This document shows positions 14,233 to 30,052 of a stretch of DNA of 64,000 bases, piece after piece. Both the position numbers and the translations under genes were made by a program. The notes under the pieces are model-generated. The model searched no databases. It had not been told where the DNA came from and saw nothing but the letters and a program-made list of their open reading frames with translations. The DNA lies in assembly GCF_009914755.1 (NCBI RefSeq), contig NC_060931.1. One strand, given 5' to 3'. The first letter of the stretch is position 1. Each line of letters opens with the position of its first letter. The stretch comes from the human T2T-CHM13v2.0 reference genome, Homo sapiens.

Positions 14233-14570
14233 GGAGAACCACTTGAGCCCAGGAGTTCTGGGCTATAGTGCTCTATGATGAGGTGTCTGCACTAAGTTTG
14301 GCATCAATGTGGTGACCTCCCCAGAGTGGGGACTGCCAGGTTGCCTAAGGAGGGGTGAACTGACCCAGGTTGGAAACAGAGCAGATTAAAAATTCCTGGG
14401 CTAATCAGTAGTGGAATTTCACCTGTTAACAGCCACGGCCCTCCAGCCTGGACAATACAGCAAGATACCATCTCTAAAAGCAATATAAAATTTGTTTTTA
14501 AAAAGAAGCAGCACCTGTTAGAGAGAGGAACTTCTGGTTTAATAAATCATGACTAAAGTGACTACATCTT

Positions 14571-14850
14571 TTTTTCTCTCTCTCTTTTTTTTTTTTTTTT
14601 TTTTTTTGAGACAGAGTCTTACTCTGTCACCCAGGCTGAAGTGCAGTGGTGCAATCTTGACTCACTGCAACTTCCACCTCCCAGGTTCAAGCGATTCTCA
14701 TGCCTCAGTCTTCCACTAGCTGGGATCACAGGCATGTGCCACCGTGCGTGGCTAGTTTTTGTATTTTTAGGAGAAACGGGGTTTCTCCATGTTGGCCAGG
14801 CTGGTCTTAAACTCCTGGCTTCAAGTGATCTGCCCACCTCGGCCTCCCAA
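14571..14850 (-). mobile_element. AluS, 5'-truncated
   Basis: TSD aagtgactacatctt; truncation falls at Alu 'cccaa|gtg' microhomology. Confidence 0.9.
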
Positions 14851-15159
14851 GTGACTACATCTTAAAGTGCATAGCTGGGCACTCACAAGGCACCTATAAG
14901 GTTAATGCTTATGGTCTGAAAATAGCTACATCCCAAGCTGACCACCAATTATAATTACAGAATATTTATGGCCATACAGAACACCTCCTACCAAGCCTGC
15001 AGGATGTCCAGATGCCCTAAGAGTGAAGCCCACTTTACTTAAAGATAACCTTAATGAACAGGCTTAGATTAAAAGATTAATGGTCTTTAATAGCACCAAT
15101 AACCCCTACCTTTAGTGAGAACATCTGCACATTCCAAGTTTAATTATAGCTCCTTACAG

Positions 15160-15509
<350 letters not shown>

Positions 15510-16489
15510 TGAGGGCACCCCACTCTGTAGTTTCTAATAAACTTGGAGTAGTTTCTAATAAACTTGCTTCTTTCACTGTGCTCTGTGACTCACCTCTAAT
15601 TCTTTCCTGTGAGAGATTCAAGAACCCTCTCTTGGGGTCTGGATGGGGACCCTCTTTTCTGGCAATGTGCCCACATGGGAGAGAAGGACCCAAAGATGCT
15701 TCCCCATGAGCCCCTCCTACATATTCTTTCTCTTCCCCCTACTGCCCCAAACCTCCTCTTCAACATCACCCAGAGGTCCTGGCCCCTGTGGAGCCCACCA
15801 ATCTAGCAGGAATCCCCCCATCTGTCCTGGAGCTGAGGATAAGCACTTCAGGAACAAGTTCATTGGCTTAGGGAACTCTCTCCCTCTCTTGTCCTTCAGC
15901 CACAGGCTCTGCCGGGCCCCAGTCCTGGGCCGACAAGGAGCCTCAGCATTCAACGCTGGCTCCAGACCCCACCTGGCTCAAGACCCCACCCTTCAGATAC
16001 TCCGTGGGAGGGCTCCTTGCAAGGGGTGCCAGCACTCTGACCTCTGATCAACAAAACAAACAAACCCTGACTGGTTAAAATGAATGTAAACCAAGAACTA
16101 GCAAGAAACAGGTTTTCATATAAACACTTTAGATATTTTAACAAAAATGAAATCAACATCTTGGAGAAACTAAAATACAACAAATCAGCTTCTGGTCTCC
16201 TGGTTTCTCCCAAGTTTTCCAACATGGCAGTGACTGCCATTTATTTTGTCACCAAAGAATCACAGAAAAGGAAGAAACTAGACTTTTTAAGTCCTACGTG
16301 TTTTCAGTGTAAACTGTTTTTAATCACTAAATGCATGTACCTCCTCCCGCAAGACTCCCTGGCTCTCCCTAACTCCAGTGAAACTGTGGGGAGAACCCTG
16401 GGCTTTGTACCCAGGACGGGGAGGGCAGAGAAGAATCCTACTCTCCTTGGGGCTGCTGTGAAGCGGTTGCATCTGAAAAAATATCTTCC

Positions 16490-17690
16490 TCAAGCTAAAA
16501 GGCTTCTCCACAGCAAAGGAAACAACCAACAAAGTGAAAACCCACACGATGGGAGAAAATATTTGCAAACTGTCCATCTGACAAGGGATTAATAACCAGA
16601 ACATATAAGGAGCTTAAACAACTCAATAGCAAAAAATAAAAATAATCTGATTTAAAAAGTGGGCAAAAGATTTGAACAGACATTTCTCAAAAACAGACAT
16701 ACACATGGCTAACAGGTATAAGAAAAAATGCTCAATATCACTAATCATCAGAGAAATGCAAATCAAAACCACAATGAGATATCATTGCACCCCAGTTAAA
16801 ATGGCTTGTATCAAAAAGGCAGGCAATGGGTACAAAAAATAGAATTAATGAATAAGTCTTAGAATTAATGACGGCACAACAGGGAGACTACATCAATAAT
16901 AATTTAATTATACATTTCAAAATAACTGAAAGAGTATAATTGAATTGTTGGTAACACAAAGAATAAATGCTTGAGGGGACGGATACCCCATTTTCCATGA
17001 TATGATTATTACAGATTGCATGTCTATATCAAAACAGCTAATGTATCCCATATATACCTACTATGTACCCACAAGAATTAAAAATAAAAATAAGTAAATA
17101 AAGGCAGGCGATAACAGATCTGGCGAAGATGTGGAGAAAGGGGAATCCTCATACGCTGTTGGTGGGAATGTAAATTAGAACAGTATGGAGGTTCTGCAAA
17201 AAAACTAAAAATAGAACTACCATTTGGTCTAGCAATTTCACTGCTGGGTATATACTCAAAAGAAAGGAAATCAGTATATTAAAGAGATATCTCCCTCCCA
17301 TGTTTACTGCAGCACTATTCAAAATATAGAATCAACGTAAGTACCCATCAACAGATGAATAAAGGAAATGTGTTATATTTACACAATGGAATATTATTCA
17401 GCTATAAAAAGAGTGAAATCCTGTCACTTGCAGCAGCATGGATGGAACCAGAGGCCATTATGTTAAGTGAAATAAGCCAAGCACAGAAAGACAAATATCG
17501 CATGTTCTCATTCATATGTGGAAACTAAAAACGTGGATCTCGTGATGATACCGAGTAGACTGCTATTAGCCAGAGTCCAGAAATGGGATGGGGGATGAAA
17601 ATAAGGAAATGAGATAGGAGATACATATGTATTTATTACCACTTAACTGTACACTTAAAAATGATAAAGATGGTAAGTTTTAAAAAATTA
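16490..17690 (+). mobile_element. L1MA-type 3' fragment with nested L1MA 3' end (16829-17099)
   Basis: ORF2 C-terminal and 3'UTR homology; nested piece flanked by TSD aaaggcaggc(a/g)at. Confidence 0.8.
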
Positions 17691-17698
17691 AAATGTAG

Positions 17699-17993
17699 AG
17701 GCATGGTGGCTCACGCCTGCAATCCCAGCACTTTGGGAAGCCGAGGCAGGCGGATCATGAGGTCAGGAGATTGAGACCCTCCTGGCCAACATGGTGAAAC
17801 CCCATCTCTTCTGAAAATACAAAAATTAGCTGGGCGTGGTGGCGCGTGCCTGTAATCCCAGCTACTCAGTAGGCCGAGGCAGGAGAATCTCTTGAACCCA
17901 GAGGCGGAGGTTGTAGTGAGCCGAGATCACGCCACTGCACTCCAGCCTGGGCAACAGAGTGAGGCTCCATTTCAAAAATAAAATAAAATAAAA
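17699..17993 (+). mobile_element. AluSc-like
   Basis: Dimeric Alu with (TAAAA)n tail. Confidence 0.9.
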
Positions 17994-18127
17994 TTTTGAA
18001 AAAAAAGTGAGAGTCATACTAGGATGAAACAGACCTTCAGGAAGAATACTGGAGTCCAAAAAACGAATTCACTGTGCAGCTAAGAAAAAAAATGTTGATT
18101 TCTGTAGCTCCACTTTACGAAACACTA

Positions 18128-18212
18128 GCAGCAGCAGCAGTAGCAGTAGGAGGAGAGTAGTGGCTGTAGTAGTAGTTGTAGTCGTGTAGCCGCAGCGCCA
18201 GCAGTAGTAGTA
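18128..18212. repeat. Degenerate (GCA)/(GTA)n low-complexity tract
   Basis: 'agcagcagcagcagtagcagtagg...gtagtagtagttgtagtc'. Confidence 0.8.
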
Positions 18213-18576
18213 ACTAGGTTTTGTGAGTGTTTTGCATGTGCCGGATTCCATCTGTGTTATATGCTTTACAATTTAACATGGATAAACCACAGCCAGTAGA
18301 AAATTTCACTTCACAATTTTTCCTTCCTTTTTAGCTGGTGAGAAATCTGCCTATGTTTTCTTCCTGGCATGAGGGGCTAAAATCATTTCCAATCCAGCAA
18401 GCAGAACAGCCCCTGCCAAAGAGAGAGAGAAAAATTCTTCAACATCATATATCTGCAGGCGGAAGGAGGGGACAGAACCATTACTGTGTTAAAAGACTGA
18501 GAAGTCACTCAGTGAAGACACATGTTTGCATATCTGAACGCAGTGTTTCCCAAATTTATTTGACCATGGAGCGAGG

Positions 18577-18976
<400 letters not shown>

Positions 18977-19741
18977 TAACTCTGCCCTTTGGCAGCTGTT
19001 CATTGTCGGGCAAGGTACAAGGCTGTTTCCTTATCGGTGAGACCTAGAATAATATTGCCAACATTTAGTGTGCAGTAAGGAGCAGCTGATATTCAAGACA
19101 TCTAAAATTCCTGGCACACAATACATTTCCAGTAAATGACAGCTTTTTTTTATTATTTCTCAGAAGAAACAGCACCAGCATAGCTCTGGACAACTCCAAG
19201 TCCCTCCCCTTAGTGCACCTCAAACCTCTCCCTCAACACTCTAACTGCCCTTAGTCAATATATTATTAATGACTCCAATTCTGTCCCTTCCGGGGATGAG
19301 GATGTAGTGAAAGAATTGGCCAAGGTGATTAATAAAAAACCATCCGACTCTCCGGTTCTCTGGACAACAGTTTAGGCAAGGCAGACCCAGCCCGAAGGCC
19401 CAGGTGCTGGGTGGTCCTAGCAATGCCCTTGGGACCCAGCCAGAAGCACAGAGGGGTCGGAGAAATAGGATTGAGGCTTATGGAAACGATACTATGGAGA
19501 ACTGCATTGTAGACTGTAGAGGAAATCCCTCCACTCCAGGTTATTTGAGTCCAAATCCCTGGAAGGTATTGTACAACTCTAGATAACAGCAAGCACAACA
19601 AACTGTGGTCTATAGACAATTTCTTCCTGCTCCTGGAGGTTCAACTGACTTCCCTTTACCCACTTTGCTTCCCTTTACACACTAACTTTAATATTCCTAA
19701 TCTATGACTGTATCTGCCTTCCCACTCTTCCCTTGAACTGG

Positions 19742-19948
19742 TGTATTAGTCCATTTTCACACTGCTGATAAAGACATACCCAAGACTGGGTAATTTATAA
19801 AGAAAAAGAGGTTTAATGGACTCACAGTTCCACATGGCTGGGGAGGCCTCACAATCATGGTGGAAGGCAAAAGGCAACTCTTACATGGGGGCAGACAAGA
19901 GAAAATGAGAGCCAAACAAGAGGGGAAACCTTTGTAAGACCATCAGAT
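19742..19948 (-). mobile_element. THE1 (MaLR) LTR, partial
   Basis: 'tgtattagtccattttcacactgctgataaagacatacccaagactggg...accatcagat'; only 'ctcg' (21672-21675) continues after LTR12. Confidence 0.85.
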
Positions 19949-21667
19949 TGTGTCCAAAATTGGTGGGTTCTTGGTCTCACTGACTTCAAGAACGAAGCCA
20001 CAGACCCTCCCGGTGAGTGTTATGGTTCTTAAAGATGGTGTGTCCGGAGTTTGTTCCTTCTGATGTTCGTATGTGTTTGGAGTTTCTTCCTTCTGGTGAG
20101 TTCATGGTCTCACTGGCTTCAGGAGTGAAGCTGCAGACCTTCACAGTGAGTGTCACAGCTCTTAAGGTGGCGCGTCTAGAGTTGTTTGTTCCTCCCGTCC
20201 AGAACTGTTCGTTCTTCCCATCCGGAGTTATTCATTCCTCCTGTTGGGAGTTGTTCGTTCCTCCCAGTGGGTTCGTGGTCTCGCTGGCCTCAGGAGTGAA
20301 GCTGCAGACCTTCGTGATGTTACAGCTCTTAAGGCGGTGCGAACCCAAAGAGTAAGCAGCAGCAAGGTTTACTGCAAAGAGCGGAAGAACAAAGCCTCCA
20401 CAGGGTGGAATGGGACCAAAGCAGATTGCGGCTGCTGGCTCAGGCAACCTGCTTTTATTCCCTTATCTGGCCCCACCCACATCCTGCTGATTGGTCCATG
20501 TTACAGAGAGTTGATTGGTCCGTTTTGACAGGTGCTGATTGGTTCTACAAACCTTTAGCTAGAAACAAGTTGTCCAAGTCCCCAAATAGATTAGCTAGAC
20601 ACAGAGCACTGATTGGTTTACAAACCTTGAGCTAGACACAGAGCACTGATTGGTGCATTTACAATCCTTTAGCTAGACACAAAAGTTCTCCAAGTCCCCA
20701 AATAGATTAGCTAGACACAGAGCACTGATTGGTTTACAAACCTTGAGCTAGACACAGAGCACTGATTGGTGCATTTACAATCCTTTAGCTAGACACAAAA
20801 GTTCTCCAAGTCGCCACTAGATGAGCTAGACACAGAGCACTGATTGGTGCATTTACAAACCTTGAGCTAGACACAGGGTGCTGACTGGTGCATTTACAAA
20901 CCTTGAGCTAAACACAGAGTGCCGATTGGTGCGTTTACAAACTTTGAGCTAGACACAGAGCGCTGATTGGTGCATTTACAATCCTTTAGCTAGACATAAA
21001 AGTTCTCCAAGTCCCCACCCAACTCTGGAGCCCAGCTGGCTTCCGCCTAGTGGATGCCATGCCTGGACTACAGGCGGAGCTGCCCGCCAGTCCCCATGCT
21101 GCCCACCCGCACTCTTCAGCTCTTGGGCAGTCGATTGGACCAGGCGCCTAGAGCAGGGGGCAGCACCTGGGGGAGATTCGGGCCATGTGGCAGCCCACAG
21201 GGTGGGGTGGGGTGGGGTGGGGGTCTCAGGCATGGCATGCTGCAGGTCCTGAGCCCTGCCCCACGGGGAGGTGGCTGAGGCCTGGCAAGAATTCGAGCGC
21301 AGCGCCAGCCAGCAGTGCTGGGGGACCCAGCGCACCCTCTGCAGCTGCTGACCTGGGTGCTAAGCCCCTCACTACTGGGGCAGTGGTGCCCGCTGGCGGC
21401 TCCGAGTGTGGGGCCTGCCGAGCCCACGACCACCCGGAACTCACGCTGGCCCACCAGCGCTACACACAGCCCCAGTTCCTGCCCGCACCTCTCCCTCCGC
21501 ACCTCCTCGCAAGCAGAGGGAGCCGGCTCCAGCCTTGGCCAACCCAGAGAGGGGCTCCCACAGTGCAGCAGCAGGCTGAAGGGCTCCTCAAGCGTGGCCA
21601 GAGCGGACGCCCAGGCTGAGAAGGTGCCGAGAGCGAGCGAGGGCCGCCAGCACGTTGTCACCTCTGA
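19949..21667 (-). mobile_element. Solo LTR12-family (ERV9) LTR
   Basis: 'tgtgtccaaaattggtgggttcttgg...cacgttgtcacctctga'; TSD 'agat' at 19945-19948 and 21668-21671; tandem ATTGG (CCAAT) repeats. Confidence 0.93.
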
Positions 21668-21675
21668 AGATCTCG

Positions 21676-22570
21676 GCCAGGCCTGCTCTGTGACTTCCGC
21701 CACGCTCCCACGGGTGGCGGCGAGGAGCCTGAGCCGGCGATGGTGCTACAGGAGGCGCTGGAGCCGGCCATGTGCCTGGATCGCTACCCGCATGTGCAGC
21801 TTGAGGCCTCGGAGCTGCTGCTGGAAGATGGCGGCTCAGCCCTGGCCACTGAGCTCAACACCGCCAAGCTTGCCCTGGCCTATGCAGGCATGGAGATGAA
21901 TGACTTGGTGGTGAGCTGCGGCCTGGGCCTCGCGCCAGGGTCCGTGCCCACCTGGCTGCTGGACCCCATGCGGCTCGAGGAGGAGCACACCGCCCCCGGT
22001 GTCACCTTGGCACTCCTGCCCATGCTGAATCAGGTGGCCCGGCTGCTGGCTGCAGGGAGGGCGGCCTGACCATGAGCTGGGTGGAGGCTGTAGGCCTGGG
22101 CCTCGAGGGCTGCGAGCCCTCGACCCCATGCTGCAGCAGTGCCTGGTGTGGGCTGCCTGCCACAGGGGCACCACTGCCCCACCCTGAACCAGAAGCCTGA
22201 GCAACGACAGACGCCACGCTGAGGACCGTGCTGCCACTGTCCTTTTGGGGACTCATGACATTGGCCTCCAGCCTGCATTGAGATAAACAGCCGGAGCCCC
22301 GGAGAGCACCTGGGGAGGCTCGAGCAGAGTCTGCTGTGGTGTTAGAAGGGTTTTGGTTTTTTTTTGTGAGACAGAGTCTCGCTCTGTCGCCCAGGCTGGA
22401 GTGCAGTGGCGCGATCTCGGCCAACAGGGTTTGATCTATTGAAAAGGGCTCCCTAGGCTCTGTTCTCTCTTAAGGTTTAATAAGTATCAGAAACACATCA
22501 AAAGAGACCTGTTCTCTCCTTACTGCATATGCATTTTCTTTCTCTCCATCCTGTGGATGCCAATAAACAT
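21676..22570 (+). pseudogene. EXOSC6: EXOSC6 (MTR3, RNA exosome RNase PH-like subunit) pseudogene, 5'-truncated and frameshifted
   Basis: Translation LLCDF..LQEALEPAMCLDRYPHVQLEASELLLEDGGSALA..LALAYAGMEMNDLVVSCGLGLAPGSVPTWLLDPMRLEEEH..LALLPMLNQVARLL matches the recalled EXOSC6 C-terminal ~180 aa; frameshift near 22050; parental stop at 22185-22187 followed by 'accagaagcctgagcaac'; 3' boundary uncertain. Confidence 0.9.
22357..22421 (-). mobile_element. Severely 5'-truncated Alu (about 55 nt plus tail)
   Basis: 'gagacagagtctcgctctgtcgcccaggctggagtgcagtggcgcgatctcggc' flanked by agggttt(t)g. Confidence 0.85.
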
Positions 22571-22665
22571 TTAAGGATTTTGAGGACTAAAAAGATATGA
22601 ATCTTGACTTACCAATCTCCCTGATACAAGTATTATCCTATTGATGTTCTATAAAAAGCAATTAT

Positions 22666-23396
22666 TGTAACCATCCAACAGGTTCTTCTTGCTCGCTGCC
22701 TAGACACAGACAATTTATCAAGACAGGGGATTGCAATAGAGAAAGAGTTTAATTCACGCAGAAACAGCTGTACAGGAGACTGGAGTTTTACTATCACTCA
22801 AATCAGTTTCCCTGAAAATGAAGTGATCAGAGTTTTTAAGGACAATTTAGTAGGTAGGGGCCAGTGATTCAGGAGTGCTGATTGATAGGGCTGGAGGTGA
22901 AATAATAGGGAGTCAAAGTTGTTCTCTCGCGCTGAGTCAGTTCCTGGGTGGGGACCACGAGACCAGATGCGCCAGTTTATTAATCTGGGTGGTGGCAGCT
23001 GATCCATCAAGGATCTGCAGGGTCTGCAAAATATCTCAAACACTGATCTTAGGTTTTATAATAGTGATGTTATCCCCAAGAGCAATTCGGGGAGGGTCAG
23101 AATCTTGTAGCCTCCAGCTCTGTGACTCCTAAATCATAATTTCTAACCTTGTGGCTAACTTATTAGTCCTACAAAAGCAGTCTAGTACTTAGGCAGAAAG
23201 GGGATCTGTTTTGGGAAAGGGCTGTTAGTGTCTTTGTTTCAAAGTTAAACTATAAACTAAGTTCTTTGCAAAGTTTGGCCTATGCCCAGGAATGAGCAAG
23301 GGCAGCTTGGAGGTTAAAAGCAAGATGGAGTTGGTTGGGTCAGATCTCTTTCACTGTGATAATTTTCTCAGTTATAATTTTGCAACAGTGGTTTCA
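22666..23396 (-). mobile_element. LTR8-family solo LTR
   Basis: 'tgtaaccatccaacaggttc...ttttgcaacagtggtttca'; TSD 'ttat' at 22662-22665 and 23397-23400. Confidence 0.85.
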
Positions 23397-23869
23397 TTAT
23401 TATTTCTACAAACCAAGAAAAAATTTATTTTAAAAGTCAATGTCATTCCACTCCAACTACACTAACTGAGCCATAACAGAGCTCTCTAAATTAGTCATCT
23501 GTGTACACGTGGACTTTGGTTTTTAACGCATATTGGAAATGTCATTTCCTTTATTCATCTTATGAACTGACCCCATAAAATTCTTCATATCAAACAGTTC
23601 TCAACCACGTGGGCTAACAAAGCAGAAAGTAAAATAATAGTCACGTTCAATCATTTATTTGGCCCATGTGATTAAAATAAACATTGTAAGGCCTGGATTT
23701 ATATAGCCTTTAAACTTTTAGACAGAACTTTCCATACATTTTCCTGTAAGCTTATTGGACAGGTATTGCTATTCTGGTTGGAAAGGTTCAGAAACAAGGC
23801 ACAAATAAGTAAATATTTTAGATCAAACAGTATCAGAAAGGATTTGTGTTTAATTTTCAAAAACAAGTA

Positions 23870-24324
23870 CAGTTGATTCTCACAATTCATGGTAGTTATG
23901 TTCTATAAAGTCACCACAAACACTGAATTAGCAAATACTTCTCTTAGGGGAAACACAGAGTTATAGGTTCCTGCAAGACCCGGTCAAGTTTTTATCAACT
24001 AATCACTATATAACCTTGTTTTTTTGTGTGTTTCTGTATAAAGACACTTTATTTCTTATTTAACATACATTGTTGATTTATCAACATTGAACTCATGGTT
24101 AGTAGCACTGTAGCTCATGCATAAACAGAGCTTATCTAACACCCATATTTTCCCTGGAAGTTACGTCACACAGCCTTTTTGTGCCTAGGAACACTGAACA
24201 GCACCCAGCACTCTGCTTGGAGCCATTTTATACAGTAAAATCACCAACAAAAAGCACAACAGTGCAACAACAACAACAAAAAAAAAGTGACACAAAAAGG
24301 ACTTTGTTTATGTTATGAGAGCTG
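23870..24324. mobile_element. MER6-like TcMar-Tigger DNA transposon, partial
   Basis: TA then 'cagttgattctcacaattcatggtagttatgttctataaagtc' terminal motif. Confidence 0.7.
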
Positions 24325-25050
24325 GCTATGTTCTGAATGTTTGTGTCCCTCCAAAATTCATACATTGAAAACCTAACCCCGAAGGAGATGGCATTAGGAA
24401 GGGGGGGGGCCTTTGGGAAGTGTATTAGTCCATTCTTGCATTGCTATAAAGAAATACCTGAGACTGGGTAATTTATAAAGAAAAGAGGTTTAATTCGCTC
24501 ACAATTCTGCAGGTTCTAAAGGAAACATAGCAACTTCTGCTTCTAGGGAGGCCTCAGGAAACTTACAATCATGGTGGAAGGCAAAGGGGAAGCAGGCCCA
24601 TCTTATATGGTGGCAGCAGGAGCAAGAGGCTGAGGGGATGCTACCCACTTTTAAACAACCATATTTCATGAGAACTCGCTCACTATCATGAGAACAGCAC
24701 CAACAGGAATGGTATAAAACCGTCATGAGAATTCTGCCCCCATGATCCAGTCACCTTCCAACAGGCCCCACCTCCAACATTGGGAATTACAATTCAACAT
24801 GAGATGTGGGCAAGGACACAGATCCAAACCATATCAGAAGATGATTAGATCATGAGATCACAGCCCTCCTGAATGGGATTAGTGCCTTTATAGAAGAGAC
24901 TCCAGAGAGTTCTCTTGTCTCTTCCACCATGTGAGGACACGGTAAGAAGACGGCCAGCCCTTGAACCAAGAAGCAGGCTCTCCCCAGACACTGTATATGT
25001 TACTGGCTTGTTCTTGGACTTCCCCGCCTCCAAAACTGTGAGAAATAAAA
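24325..25050 (+). mobile_element. MLT1A/MSTD-like MaLR LTR hosting a nested MST
   Basis: 'gctatgttctgaatgtttgtgtccctccaaaattcat' ... 'aaaactgtgagaaataaa'. Confidence 0.75.
24421..24836 (-). mobile_element. MSTA/B LTR (nested)
   Basis: 'tgtattagtccattcttgcattgctataaagaaatacc...ccaaaccatatca'; gaag on both flanks. Confidence 0.88.
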
Positions 25051-25275
25051 CATAAAGCAACTGTCAGATTCTAATAAAGCATTCTGAGGATTACAACAAT
25101 GAAAAGGCTGCAGAGGCCCAGACCCCTTCACCTTCATGGGAAGGGCATAGGTTCTCTCTGGCTGCATTTCTGAGAGCACGTACTTTGTACCCACACCCAC
25201 AAGATGTTCTCAAAGGAATAAACTGGTTCTAGGGCAGCTTAGCTTGAGAAAGACTAAATATTATAACATGATCTT

Positions 25276-26284
<1,009 letters not shown>

Positions 26285-26665
26285 TGAATGCAAATTAGCA
26301 TATTGAAGATTCTGAGAAGCACATGAAAGGTCTTGCATAAAACAAGACTGCTTGCCTTTTCACATTTAATCCAATGTTTCCCAGAATTATTCACACAAGC
26401 TATATCGAATCCAAGGCAAAAGAAAGTTCTGTTATCTGTGATTCCCATATTCAACTCATGTTATTTGTTATAGTTTGCATAGCCTAAGAAGCTGCCTGTG
26501 ATCATTTCTTCAATCAGTTGAATTATCAATTTATTTATTAAAATATAGCTTCAAGTTCTCACCTCAAAACCACTCACATTTGTAAAGCCAATTTACTGCC
26601 AAAACTGGCTCTGATCTCCTCCTTTCAGGGATAGGAAGATGTGAGGATTTTGATTAGGGACTCTA

Positions 26666-27045
<380 letters not shown>

Positions 27046-27620
27046 AAGTAGTCTTTGGCAATTTGTCTCTAAATCCAGGATCTTCGAGGCAGAAGAATAG
27101 CCTTGCAGGAGGAGCAGAAAGCGGAAGATCCTTCAGCCCTGTGTGGAAACAAACAGACCCTCACGACCCACCTAGGTCTTATCCTTGGTGCTGTCTTGAG
27201 ATTCCCTTCCCAGCAGGTCCATGCAAAGCTAAGTTACATCACTAAATAGACAGCTTATACTTTCTTCTCATTTCCAAATAACCCTGTATTCATAGGCTTA
27301 GCTTCAGAGAAGCCATCGTGCCACAGGTGGGAGATGCAGCCAGGGCTGAGGAGGGTAGGGTAGTTTAGGCGATTTCTGTTTCTCTTTGTGTTGCTTCATT
27401 AAACCTTCATTAAATTCTGCTCCAAAAAGGAGTCTACAACTGTTACTTGCAGAATATCTCCATTTAAAATCATTTAGCCCCTGAAAACTCCAGTTGATTT
27501 TAGCTTGTACCATTCAGGCCAAAGATTATCTTCTAACTCAGAAGAATATACAAAAATGCCTTCCTCAGCCTCAAACTGGAAAAAGATCCTGTATCTGCTC
27601 TCAGAATGAGCACGAAGTAA

Positions 27621-27993
<373 letters not shown>

Positions 27994-28019
27994 CTTAGCC
28001 CACCTTTTACCCAGCCATT

Positions 28020-28470
28020 GTGCAAGTGGACTCTGATAGAACCTACCCCAGATGTCCCTATTTCCCTTACTTGCTGCCCCAGGGCTTCTCTGCAGCTAAT
28101 GAGTGGGCCACCACCCAGAAACATTCAACTGCAGGCGTGCAAACCTAGAGCACAAGGGAGTTAACACTCTGGAGCAGCTTTAATCAATGAGGGCGAGTCA
28201 GTAAGAAAATATGACTATCTTCTGCTTCTCAAGAGAATCATTCCAAGATGCAGTCTACACAGCTCTTCAAAGGGTCCCTGTGGATGGCATGGCAGTGACC
28301 AACCAGCTCCACAATGCAATCTTGCATGAATCGGCTTTCTCTACCCTGTTTCCTTCTTCCTGCTCTCCCCTGCCCCAACTCCTGTTTCTTCAATCACTTC
28401 CCCAAATTAACACCAGCACACGACCCTTATCTCAGGCTCTGGTTTCTGGGAGGAGGCAGGCTGAGATGGC
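28020..28470 (+). mobile_element. LTR16-like ERVL LTR, degenerate
   Basis: 'gggagttaacactctggagcagctttaatcaatgagg' motif. Confidence 0.45.
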
Positions 28471-28511
28471 TTCCTTCCATGAGATCCTGTAGGACAATTC
28501 CCTGATCTTTA

Positions 28512-28895
<384 letters not shown>

Positions 28896-29094
28896 TTAAA
28901 TAGGATTTTTGTATCTTATAAAAAATTATTTAAAATTATTACGTGTACATGTGTGTGGTTGTTAGACATCTTTGAATAGGTGATAATATCTTATTAAGTT
29001 CTTTCATTAATTGAGTTTAAAAATATTTGACACCCATTGATTTTATATTTGTATGAGAGTCATGATTTTACTTTTTTAAAAAATTGCTCTTTAA

Positions 29095-30052
<958 letters not shown>

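Larger units (their letters stand above)
12595..14490 (+). pseudogene. 7SL (SRP RNA) pseudogene split into 12595-12655 and 14233-14475 by nested LTRs
   Basis: S-domain sequence absent from Alu: 'gcactaagtttggcatcaatgtggtgacctcc...caggttgcctaaggaggggtgaactgacccaggttggaaacagagcag'; 5' end 'gccaggcgaggtgg...ctgaggcaggag'; A-rich tail. Confidence 0.9.

Noticed and set aside
12595-14490. Functional 7SL ncRNA gene
   Set aside because: Heavily diverged, CpG-depleted and interrupted by 1.6 kb of LTR sequence.
16080-16592. 170-aa ORF
   Set aside because: No recognisable domain; its 3' part runs into a decayed L1.
18128-18212. Possible CAG expansion locus
   Set aside because: Only about 4 pure units, heavily interrupted, with no coding context.
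20560-21000. Repeat-spacer-like array
   Set aside because: Known internal CCAAT tandem repeats of ERV9/LTR12 U3.
21740-22069. Functional EXOSC6 gene
   Set aside because: Lacks the N-terminal ~93 codons and has many substitutions plus frameshifts; called as a pseudogene.
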